A stretch of 63,191 nucleotides of DNA, counting the filler, from Nemertoderma westbladi (lineage: Eukaryota > Animalia > Xenacoelomorpha): NCBI GenBank assembly GCA_032718475.1. It is 3 parts of 3 records of this genome, joined end to end, with 100 filler letters (N's around TTAATTAATTAA, not from the genome) between each part and the next. Parts side by side here need not be neighbours in the genome. Positions count along the whole stretch, not along the records: positions 29,548 to 55,611 come from JAUCBJ010005905.1; positions 55,712 to 63,191 come from JAUCBJ010002923.1; 1 more part is not named here. One strand, written 5' to 3'. The notes below the pieces were generated by a model that was given only the letters and a program-made list of their open reading frames with translations, had not been told where the DNA came from and searched no databases. The position numbers were made by a program, and so were the translations under genes. Of the stretch, positions 52,466-63,191 are shown piece by piece. The stretch's first letter is position 1, and each line of letters starts with the position of its first letter.

Positions 52466-54046
52466 TGAGCTGAGCAAGCCATTCTGACCAATAAAAATTT
52501 CCGGAGTAAAAATGTCGTGTGTAAAAATATCGAGTGTTGGAAAATATCGAGAGTAAAAATATCGAGAGTAAAAATATCGAGAATAAAAATATCGAGTGTT
52601 GAAAAATATCGAGAGTAAAAATCTCGATAGTAAAAATATCGAGAGTAAAAATATCGAGAGTAAAAATATCGAGAGTAAAATTATCGGGAGTAAAAATATC
52701 GGGAGTAAAAATATCGAGAGTAAAATTATCGGGAGTAAAAATATCGGGAGTAAAAATATCGAGAGTAAAAATCTCGATAGTAAAAATCTCGATAGTAAAA
52801 ATATCGAGAGTTAAAATATCGAGTGTTGAAAAATATCGGGAGTAAAAATATCGAGAGTAAAAATCTCGATAGTAAAAATCTCTATAGTAAAAATCTCGAT
52901 AGTAAAAATCTCGATAGTAAAAATCTCGATAGTAAAAATATCGGGAGTAAAAATATCGAGAGTAAAAATATCGAGTGTTGAAAAATATCGAGAGTAAAAA
53001 TATCGAGAGTAAAAATATCGAGTGTTGAAAAATATCGAGAGTAAAAATATCGAGACTAAAAATATCGAGAATAAAAATATCGAGTGTTGAAAAATATCGA
53101 AAGTAAAGATATCGAGTGTTGAAAAATCTCGAGAGTAAAAATCTCGATAGTAAAAATCTCGATAGTAAAAATCTCGATAGTAAAAATCTCGATAGTAAAA
53201 ATATCGAGAGTAAAAATATCGAGAGTAAAAATATCGAGTGTTGACAAATATCGAGAGTAAAAATATCGAGAGTAAAAATATCGAGAGTAAAAATATCGAG
53301 TGTTGAAAAATATCGGGAGTAAAAATATCGAGAGTAAAAATATCGAGAATAAAAATATCGAGTGTTGAAAAATATCGAGAGTAAAAATATCGAGAGTAAA
53401 AATATCGAGAGTAAAAATATCGAGTGTTGAAAAATATCGGGAGTAAAAATATCGAGAGTAAAAATATCGAGAATAAAAATATCGAGTGTTGAAAAATATC
53501 GAGAGTAAAAATATCGAGAGTAAAAATCTCGATAGTAAAAATCTCGATAGTAAAAATCTCGATAGAGAGTGGAAATATCGAGAGTGGAAATATCGAGAGT
53601 GGAAATATTGTGAACATTTAAAGGTGCGTTCACATAACGATGTGTATGTAAGCGTAGAAGCGATGCAAATTTCAATTAGTCGTTAGTCACTTTATATCCA
53701 CACATGCACATACACATACATACGTTATGTAAAGGCACCTTTATATAAATGATCATAATATTTTTATTCACAATATTTTTACTCTCGATATTTTTACTAG
53801 AAACTATCCTCCTAATCTTTAATATAAGATAAGTATTCATTCATATTAATTACAGAACCCTGGATATTATTTAAAACACTAATTTACGTACGGCCCCAGC
53901 AATAATTTTATATATTTCTCAACACTAATAACACTCAATATTTTTACGGTTCTCGATATTTTTACTCTCGATATTTTTACTTTCGATATTTTTACTCTCG
54001 ATATACTCGGGATATTTTTCAATGCTCGATATTTTGACTCAGCTCA
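52466..54046. repeat. Foldback element with an expanded 15-bp minisatellite (AGTAAAAATATCGAG) in GAPVD1 intron 2
   Basis: Array at 52505-53610, inverted units at 53755-53800 and 53935-54035, and short TIR TGAGCTGAG / CTCAGCTCA. Confidence 0.85.
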
Positions 54047-54626
54047 TATTGTAACCCGGAGGAACCTCCGGGCTCCGGCTCCGGATGAAGTCTGGGATGG
54101 AGTACAAACAGGTCCCCCAAGAACTATGCCCGCCATTATACTTTTATTAATATAATAAACACACATGGGTCAGAACACTGCTAATAAAACTTTATTATAA
54201 AAAAGTGAATTGAGGCATGCAAATTAATATTCGAAAATTTAAATATTGTCTTACATCGTATGCGCAGGTAGACCAGGCCTGGATGTATACAATGTGGTTC
54301 TTTATACGACGGTTGACTTTTTAAGGCGGGTGATAAAGCCTTATATGACTGGTGCAGTAGCATTCATAGTACACTGTTAGCGATACACCCTGTGCAGATA
54401 GACCATCATTTACTTCGAGTTGAATTTTTATAAAGCTTTGAGCTAATTATTTTTCCCATGGCGATGATGATATTCGATAGGGACAACAGATTAAATGGCA
54501 AAATCGCTATAATAATGACGATTATCTATTCTGAGCCATTATTAATTCTAGAATGTTGTGCACACTGTGCACATTCTGCGGCTGTTGTGTCGGCATGACG
54601 GCATCCACCGGTCGATAATATGATAT

Positions 54627-54792
54627 TAGGCCAACTAACAGCTGTACTTATCTAATAACTTATACTAACTCCAATTATAGGCCAATTAACCTGTACTTAT
54701 CTACTAACTTACACTAACTATAATAGGCCAACTAACCTGTACTTATCTACTAACTTATATTAACTTATAATAGGCCAACTAACCTGTACTTA
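54627..54792. repeat. ~46-50-bp tandem repeat (TAGGCCAACTAACCTGTACTTATCTACTAACTTA...), ~3.5 copies
   Basis: Read directly. Confidence 0.8.
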
Positions 54793-55508
54793 ATACTACA
54801 CGTACACAGTGCTATACATCATATATAATAATAATACTACAGTGCACATAGTATATACTGGGTTAGTGTTTTAATTGAAACCCATCGTAACCCCACTGCG
54901 ACACCCACCCACCCTGTGGAATGCCAACCCAGGGTGTATGGTACCTGCTCCGAGACCGGCTGAATGAAATCAACGTTGGATAACTATTTAAATCATTGTG
55001 GAAAAAGTGGAACTTTTCAACGTTTTGATCCGAGTTTATTATGTACCCAAGTGAGCGCAGCGAGGCAGGTTTACAATAAGGGACATAAAACCTGAATAGT
55101 GCCATTTTCACACACTGGTCTACGTAATATGTCAAACATACTGGCATTCTGAAATTTCCCAGGTTGCGGATAGGGATAACAATTCACACATCGCACTAAT
55201 TTCGATTGTGATTTGTCTGCTTAGGCTACTGTGTATTACATTAGATGTGTTATGTATTACATTACATTTCAATTCTGAAAACGGCTTAGAGCGATCTCTT
55301 TTAGTTCTCGAGTTATCCTGGAATATCTGTCTGGCAATCTGCCTGTCAAAAAGTAAGTAAGACAGACAGGTAGACAGGCGACCGACAGGACGGACAGACT
55401 ACATTCCACCAAATATTAAAACTGACATCGGAAATGAAATCAGTACGGAGGGGAGGCCCTAAGAGGACATGAAATCCTCGTTTTTTTTTATTCTTCTTGG
55501 TATAGATT

Positions 55509-55611
55509 TCCGCTAACTCAATATATTGAGTTAGCGGAGATGTGTCTTCTAACTCAATATATTGAGTTAGCGAGCATGTGTCTTCCAACTCAATATATTG
55601 AGTTAGCGGGT
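55509..55611. repeat. 36-bp tandem repeat with palindromic core, truncated by the contig end
   Basis: CTAACTCAATATATTGAGTTAG palindrome occurs three times at 36-bp spacing. Confidence 0.85.
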
Positions 55612-55711
55612 NNNNNNNNNNNNNNNNNNNNNNNNNNNNNNNNNNNNNNNNNNNNTTAATTAATTAANNNNNNNNNNNNNNNNNNNNNNNNNNNNNNNNN
55701 NNNNNNNNNNN
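55612..55711. other. Artificial contig linker (N44-TTAATTAATTAA-N44)
   Basis: Same as 29448-29547. Confidence 0.95.
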
Positions 55712-56356
55712 GAAAAATAGAAAAAAAGAAAAATATAAAAATTTAAATAATTTCTAGAAATTAATTGCTTCAAGATGAATCTGAGAAATTTGAAATGTTA
55801 AAACCTAAAATATAGAATAAAGCTCCGAAAAAAGCTTGTAATAAAGCTTGAAAAACAGCTCAAAAAAACCGGGTCGAATATCATAATTATCTAATTCTAG
55901 AACATTCATATTATATCTTCATTTTAACTGAACGTTAGAAAAGGCATAACAAAACAAGATTGAAAAAAAGCTCAAAAAAAGCTAAGAAAAAAAGCTAGAA
56001 AAACAGCTTAAAAAAGCTCAGAATACGGCACATAAAAAAGCAGCGCGGAAACGGGCCTTAAAACCGTTGGATTCCAGCCATTACCCAAATTAGCCTTCGC
56101 CATCACTTTCTTGGCGTATGTTGAGGAATTGGTACCAGGCTATAATGTTAATTAAACACGTTAACTTAATTTATACGCCCTTATTTTAGTAGAGCGAATC
56201 AATGACCTTTAATATTATTTAACCAATGGAAAACAAATTCTAGAATTTAATCTAAATATTTAAGTGACGCATATTATTCGTTTTGGTCACAATATAAGCA
56301 AACAGTTTTGATTTGTAAAATAACTAGATACCATTAATTAGGAAACGTAAATAATC

Positions 56357-56749
56357 ATGCGTGAGATGGCGGAGATTGATAGTGACGATGGCGTGTTGAG
56401 TGAACGGGCGTGTTGGAACTTGGAGGCCGCTGGTGGAAATAAGGAACGGGAAAGTAGGTCTATCGGTGGGAGAGACATGGAGAAAAGGAGACGGAGGCGA
56501 AAGGGAAGTAAGAAAGGAAAGGGAAAGAAGAAGGGAAAGATGAGCAGATCAAGGAGTCGCCGAGGTAAAGGGAGTAGATCAAGGAGCCGCCGAGGTAAAG
56601 GGAGTAGATCAAGGAGTCGTGGAGGAAAGGGGAAGAAGAAAGGGAAGAGAGGAAGATCGAAAGGCCGCGGGAAGAAAGGAGCGGGAAAGTCGAGGTCGAA
56701 TCAATTCGATGTTAAAGCTGGATGGGGGAAGTTGATGAGAGGAAAATAA
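56357..56749 (+). CDS. Orphan R/K/S/G-rich protamine-like protein with acidic leader (putative)
   Basis: ATG-initiated 130-aa ORF that stands out as a GC/purine-rich island in AT-rich DNA, with RRRRR, KKGKGKKK and three SRSRSR(R/G)GKG repeats. No homolog recognised. Confidence 0.45.
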   Translation: MREMAEIDSDDGVLSERACWNLEAAGGNKERESRSIGGRDMEKRRRRRKGSKKGKGKKKGKMSRSRSRRGKGSRSRSRRGKGSRSRSRGGKGKKKGKRGRSKGRGKKGAGKSRSNQFDVKAGWGKLMRGK

Positions 56750-58319
56750 TCATTAGGAATGTCATTACTTTAGGAAAATATAACTGTTTGTTTACCTTGA
56801 GGGTTTATTTTCAATAACATGTTAAGAAATTAGTTACAATTTCACATAAATATATCATCAATTATAAATACTTATTTTGAGATTAAAAAGTGATAACTAA
56901 GAGAGCACTATTTTTTTTAAAAAGTCAGAAAGTACCCGGGGATATCACAATAAGCTACTGTATTTATTATTTGTGTCCACTTTCCCTTTTCAAGCCCTGT
57001 TTTCTCTTCGCGACCATTTACCCATATTTACTGACAATCGAATTATTGATCCATTGTGTAGCATAATATACCTCAGAGCATATTATATCAGAGCACCAAT
57101 GCGCAATAATGCGTGGGGTTGCTGAGATATTTTCTATTTCATAACGGCCTAAATCAGAGAATGCTATAGTATCCATTATATTTTGTATTATTTACAAAAG
57201 GGTCTAAAAGTCAATATAACCAATGTAATCACCATTCCACTAACATTGAATTGAAAGAGTGTCATTTTCGCTTTAAATTTGAAACATAACTAGTTCAACT
57301 CACCGTGGTTGTTACCATGAGGCCGGAATTTACGATTTTTCCTTTAAATTTTTTAATAAGCGTTTTAAAAAAGTGTCTTTTGCGAAATCGCACCCTCCTT
57401 GTCGTGGACCTTCTTCAATTAAGGCCATGATACACCACAGGAGCGGCGAGCGGCCGCTGTGAACGGCAGCGGCGATCGGCAGCGGCGGGCGGCCGCGGCG
57501 AGCGGCCGCTGTGAACGGCGACTTTAGGTATGAAACACCAGAAGAGCGGCGAGCGGCAGCGGCCATTTGTGGTGTATCATCACCCATAGAAAATAATGTG
57601 TTCTATTTTTAAAAAGTGGCCGCGTGAGTTTGTGATTCATGATCGTGATTTTTTCTTATCAATAGAAAGCTTGCCTTGCATAACAAGGATTTGAAATGTA
57701 ACAATATCTGAATTACATTATGAAACATTTGAAATATAGGAGTTCAAAGATGAAAGAATTATTGTTCGGTGCAAGCCATTTATTCTATACACATGTACAC
57801 CATGACTCGTAATATAGTGACATTTTCTGATGTCACGGACACTCCCCCAAATTTTTCTACACATCTTTATCATATTGCTTGAAATTTGAAACACAACTAG
57901 TTCAACTCACCGCACCGTGGATGTTACCATGAAGCCGGAATTTTCGATTTCGGCTTAAAATTTTTTTTATAAGCGTTTTAAAAAAGTGTCTTTTGCGAAA
58001 TCGCACCCTCTGTATCATTGCCATTCTTCACTATAGTCGTAATTTTTTCACATGAATAAAAAGCTTGCGTTGAAAGGATTCCAAATATGTAACAACTTCT
58101 GAATTTCGTTGAGAAACAGCTGAGAAATAGGCGTTCAAAGATTGCAAGAATTATTGTTCGCTGCAGGCCATTTGTTCTATTTAATAAATACACAAGGACA
58201 CATTCGTGGGGCCTTCGCGCAGCACGAGGCTCAGTTATGAGATACAAATTAAAATTGAGCAATTCTAACACAAAATCTGTATTTACGAAATTACCCAAAC
58301 CGCAAATAAATCATAAGAG

Positions 58320-61225
58320 GGGAAAGTGGCTCGCTTTCAACCCCATCGCATCCCCCCTTAATCTGCACCCCAACCCAAAGAATCACCAGCCGATCGCCTC
58401 AATGGTTGGAAGGCCCACTTTGAAAAGCTCCTCAATAATGACAGGGGGGCCTGATAACTTTATAGAAGTAAAAAGTGTCTGAGTCTGTACTCCCAGATAT
58501 TCGCAATGGCGATATCTCTTTTGCAGAAGTGAAGGCTGCTGCAAAGAGCATTAAGACCAATCGTGCCAGTGGAGTAGATGGTGTTCCCCCTGAGGTCTTT
58601 AAAATACCTGAGTGTTTAAAGCTCATCTATCCCATCATAGTAGACGTGCACCGAACAACAAGAGTCTTACAAGAAATGAAAACAAATAAGTTGGTGCCAG
58701 TTTCCAAGAAGGGCAACCTAACACTCTATGGTTCTTTTCGGGGAATCTCATTGATCTCGATCGCTGCAAAGCTATACAATAGATCGCATCAGGGATCCCA
58801 TTGAGAGACTGCTCCGTGGAAATCAGAATGGGTTCCGTAAAGGTCGTGGGACCATGGAGCCCATTTTGGCACTTAGAAGGATAATTGAAGAGTTATCAAA
58901 AAAGAAAGACAGGCATCTGGCTGTTATCTTTGTTGACTTCTTCAAGGCCTTTGATTCAGTCTCTCGCTCATGTATGTTCAGCATACTTTCATTATATGGG
59001 ATTCCTGATGAAATTATTGCAGCAATCAGATCAGCAGTATACGATGGTTCGACAACATTTGTGTCTACTGTTGACGGTGACTCAGAACCATTTGAAGTGT
59101 TATGGGGCGTCCCCCAGGGAGACACACTTGAACCATTCTTGTTCATAATTGTGGTTGACTATGTTCTACGCATGTCCTTAGATCATCATAATGATGATGG
59201 GGTGATGATAACTCCACCTACTGGCTCCAGAAGTCGAGGAAATCCTGCCAAATACCTAACTGATCTAGACTTTGCTGATGACTTAGGAGTACTCTCAGAA
59301 TCACTAGAGGAAGCCCAACGGCTCCTCAGCTCATTAGAACAGGCTGCTTCTAGTGTTGGTCTTTTTAATTGTTCGCGCTTTCAGACCTTTAGCAGTTTAA
59401 CCTGCCAATTTTAGTTGTCCTCTTGTTTATAAATCGACTTTAGCCTATAACAATTATTTAGTGCACATGAAGTTACATTAGCCGAAGCCAGTCTATGCGC
59501 GATCATTCACCCACTGTTAAGGGAGACTGGATTCGGGTGCTTTGAAAGTTATTGCGGTGCAGACTTACTGTATTATTCGATTGATCGTTACTATATAATC
59601 TCTGACAATATTATTTACTTTTGGGGAAATATTAACAGTTCCTTTAGGACGTGGCGCTTTAAGTATATAAAACAGAGTTATGACTTATACTAAACACAAC
59701 GAGATGGCTACTGAGTTTCGTAAATAGCGCATTCTTTAGGAGATGCTTTATTATCTGTCACACTACTTCACACGACTTCACACTACTTCACACTGATCTG
59801 CCGACCGTCACTGAATTTGATCATATATAAGGAGGATAGCAACTGACACATGTAGGGATTATGAAATAGCATTTAATTCACACAAAAACCACTATAATGT
59901 AAGTCGCAATTGCTACAGGTAACCGGTCCCTCTTACCTTCAGTAATCAAGAAGATTGGGGGTTTTATGATTATTTATCGGTATTCTCCAAATATAACAAC
60001 ATATCCATCAATATACAACAATTAATAACAAACAGTAAATAGAAGTAAAATGATGCGGTGAACAGTCAGTATGTGTTGCTTATGCAGTGTTTCATGAAAT
60101 AATATGACCGGAGTAGTATGGTGTGTATGTGGATTGATAATATATTTACGTTCCTATAATCAAAGCCATCTAATGTTTGGCCAAAGTCTGAAACTTCTAC
60201 AGAAGCACAGAAGAATTCTAAGCCGGTGTTCTGAGGCTCAGAAAAGGTAAACAAAGACCGTAATGCATTGCGCGGTTTTACATAGGCCCTTGTCCAACAT
60301 AAAGTGAAAATCGCTCTGATTGGCTGAGCAGAACAAAGAGGTTCCAGGGTTCCACGTTTACAGAAAATCAGCTGACAGATTTCGTCATCTGAGCTCCAGT
60401 CTTTTAGAGTATTATGCGCATTGCGGCAAAAATGACTTGTTATGTCCGCTAAAGCACCTACACGGTACATTGCGGGGAAAAATGACTTGTTATGTCCGCA
60501 AAAGCTTTTACATTAATAACTCCAGAAAGACAGTTAACTTTTGAAAGTCCTCAGCAAGTCTCTGATCGGATGAGCATAAGCTCAAAGGATGGTATGCTTA
60601 AGCATGTGGACGACTTCTGTTACCTGGAATCATGGATCCAGAAGTCAGGTAAGGACCTTCGAATACGTAAGGGAAAGGCATGGGCAGCCTTGAATAGGCT
60701 TTCCAGGATTTGGAAGTCACCGAGAATTAATCGGAAACTTAAGGTCCGATTATTTAGAGCTGCAGTAGTTCCAGTACTCCTCTATGGGAGTCCATGCCGG
60801 GCTCTAACTGCTGAGGGCACCAAATCTCTGGATGGCACATTCACAAGAATGCTACGCCGGGTTCATTGTGTCAAGTACAATGCACACATCTCCAACCAAC
60901 ACTATATAACATTGGAGGTGTCTCATTGGTTACCCCAAGCTTGACACTAGTACAAAATCGCCTCCGCTTTGCAGGACATTGCTTTCGCCGTGAGGACCAG
61001 CCAGTGCATAATCTTGTACTTTGGCAGCCTCATGGAGTGAATAAGCATGGTGGACAGCCCATGACTTTCTTGAGACGCATCTTAAAGGACACTGGCCTCG
61101 AAGATGCGGATGATCTAGCAAATGTCATGGGTGATAGGGATTTGTGGCGGGGCAATTTTGTCGACAAGCCGTCACAGCATTCTTAAAAATGCAGCTGCAA
61201 TACAGCATGCCGATACTAGTAGTTG
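58320..61225 (+). mobile_element. 5'-truncated RTE LINE, frameshifted, interrupted by a solo LTR
   Basis: RASGVDGVPPEVFK, FRGISL, VDFFKAFDSV, GVPQGDTL, DFADDL, RFAGHCFR; TAGTAG tail. The 5' boundary is approximate. Confidence 0.95.
59370..60512. mobile_element. Solo LTR (1143 bp) inserted in the RTE copy
   Basis: TGT...ACA termini and a 5-bp TSD TTAAT (59365-59369, 60513-60517). The RTE sequence is colinear across the insertion compared with the 18919-18936 copy. Confidence 0.85.
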
Positions 61226-61329
61226 CCCTGATTGCCAGCTGGATATAGAGGAGTTTATACCCAGACGATGAAGGAATATGGGAAGGTGGATGGGAATGTG
61301 GGAATCAATAAACGCTGTTGTTAGGTGTT

Positions 61330-61612
61330 ACCTTCCAATTAAAGGAAAAGAGCGGCTACAGCGGCGGCAATTTCTAACCAAAACAATAAACGACGTTGCC
61401 ACCTACAAATTGAGGGAAAGTAGCAGGTTACAGGGGCGGGCTTTTCTAACCAAAATAATAAACTCTGTTGATACCTACTATAATTGAGGGAAAGGAGCAG
61501 GTACTGAGGCAGGCTTTTCTAACCAAAATAATAAACGATTTTGTTACCTACCAATTGAGGGAAAGGATAATGTTACCGAGGCTGTCTTATTCTAACCAAA
61601 ACAATAAACAAC
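61330..61612. repeat. ~70-bp dispersed tandem-repeat family (GAGGGAAAGGAGCAGGTTAC...TTTTCTAACCAAAACAATAAAC); also 45570-45630, 49970-50200, 62430-62505 (inverted)
   Basis: Four diverged units here, with the same core at the other loci. Confidence 0.8.
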
Positions 61613-62786
61613 CATCCGGCCACCTTCCCACATTCCCATCCACCCACCTTCTTACTAACCGTCCGACTGACTGATCAACGGATCATCCCCCTCAAAAAAT
61701 AAAGGACGTCGCGCAGCACGTAAATAAAAAATACCCCTCATGTCAAATTTCCCAGACTGTTTGGGAAGATGGTCGAAAATACGAAAGTTCCCTAATGATA
61801 GCGAATGTGCCACATTTCTTTCCGATGTGTTTATTTTTTCGCTGAGACATGGAATTCTGTGAATCTCCACCCACATATGGCGCATTTACATACACTGATT
61901 CCAAATACTATGTACGTCCGTGTTTTATCCTGAGTCACCGTTTTGGTTTTATTGGCGTTATATAACTCGAAATATACTGTATTCGTTTCGTACCTTGTTC
62001 ATATGAGTATAAAATAATCGTATAAACCACAACACTAAGGTGTAACAATAAGTGTCAGATACCGTCACATCAGATCAGATCAGATAAGGACAGACGTTTT
62101 AGCCATCCTATCATGGCTGCATGGGTGGCCTAGGTACTGTATCACCTACGGCCTAACATGTTATCGATTTGGCCTTAAAAAAAGAGGCCAGTTTTTTTTA
62201 ACTATTTTGATATGGGGAGAGTTCTATAAATTTTCATTTGCAGCAATTTGGTCAACGGTCGTAATTGAAGTCACTTCGTTAAGCAAGATACTACATTGTG
62301 TGGTAGCTAGTGTTTTAGGTAGGTTTAGCTAGTAATTTCACAGCTAGGGGGGGAAACTGGACGCAGTAAAAATGTATCCCTCTCCAGGGGAAATCCGACG
62401 CAAATAACAGCTGATTACTCTCAAAAATAAAACTGTAACCTGTTCTAAGTGTTTAGTTTATTGTTTTGGTTAAAATAACGTGCCACTGTAACCTGCTCCT
62501 TTCCATAAATTAAGAATTTAACATTGAGGCGGGATATTAATTCGCCAAGGCGGGTTTTGCGTCGATTCCCCCCCCCCCCTTGTCTCTAATTTCAACACTG
62601 ATTCCGACAACCTACTTCCCTTTATAAATATTTTGTAGTAGCTAGTTCTTATTACTATTTGTATAGAAAATGTTCCAGAACATGTTAGCTATTCATTTTT
62701 AAAAAATTTATGTTCTAGAACAAATATTTTTTGTTCTAGAACATTTTTTAGAAAAAAATCTTGATTATATTTAAAACGCATGGAAT

Positions 62787-63135
62787 TACGGTGGCTGAAT
62801 GTTACGGTGGCTGAATGTGGCCAATTTAATTAATTTTAAAATGGGAAATATAAAAGGAAATTAATGAAATATAATTCCTTAAAACAGGAATTAATCAAAT
62901 ATAATTCAACCAGAAACAGAAATTAATCAAATATAATTCAACCACAAACAGAATTTAATCAAATATAATTCAACCAGAAACAGAATTTAATCAAATATAA
63001 TTCAACCAGAAACAGAAATTAATCAAATATAATTCAACCCAAAACAGGAATTAATCAAATATAATTCAACCACAAACAGAATTTAATCAAATATAATTCA
63101 ACCCAAAACAGGAATTAATCAAATATAATTCAAAC
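62787..63135 (+). mobile_element. IS3EU-like terminus (TACGGTGGCTGA) with a 31-32-bp subterminal tandem array (AATTAATCAAATATAATTCAACCAGAAACAG, ~8 copies)
   Basis: The terminus resembles the reverse complement of 41223-41251, and its first 16 bp are duplicated (62786-62817). Confidence 0.6.
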
Positions 63136-63191
63136 ATTTTGGAGGGAAATTTAAAATACTGTCTCAGTGCAGTGCAGCAAATTGTCGTTTC

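Noticed and set aside
52434-53686. 413-aa and 268-aa ORFs
   Set aside because: Translations of the 15-bp minisatellite.
57421-57590. GC-rich GCGGCCGC island as a CpG-island promoter
   Set aside because: It is bounded by the inverted repeat ATGATACACCACA/TGTGGTGTATCAT and interrupts another repeat, so a MITE fragment is more likely.

Overview
This is AT-rich eukaryotic (animal, probably invertebrate) genomic DNA, not prokaryotic. It is three separate contigs joined by artificial N44-TTAATTAATTAA-N44 linkers (1-29447, 29548-55611, 55712-63191), so adjacency across the linkers is not evidence of linkage. Contig 1 holds the first three coding exons of a histamine H3/H4-like aminergic GPCR (minus strand), a frameshifted rho-class GST, and a histone H3 C-terminal pseudo-exon. 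It also holds a young CRE-like (RLE) non-LTR insertion with TSD and poly(A), RTE LINE fragments, a Gypsy gag/protease fragment, SINEs and MITEs. Contig 2 holds the 5' exons of a DOCK-A/B GEF (minus) and of GAPVD1 (plus), divergently arranged. Around them lie a mitochondrial EF-Tu pseudogene fragment, a decayed IS3EU-like DDE transposon, a putative solo LTR, a 36-bp satellite, and a minisatellite built from the DOCK exon-1 splice donor. Contig 3 holds an orphan protamine-like ORF, an RTE LINE interrupted by a 1143-bp solo LTR with a 5-bp TSD, and a second IS3EU-like terminus. The most notable observations are the splice-donor minisatellite with a duplicated decoy exon end, a tRNA-box SINE-like repeat carrying a hammerhead-like motif, the protamine-precursor-like ORF, and several host-gene fragments stranded among repeats. 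All family assignments come from recalled motifs; no search was run.
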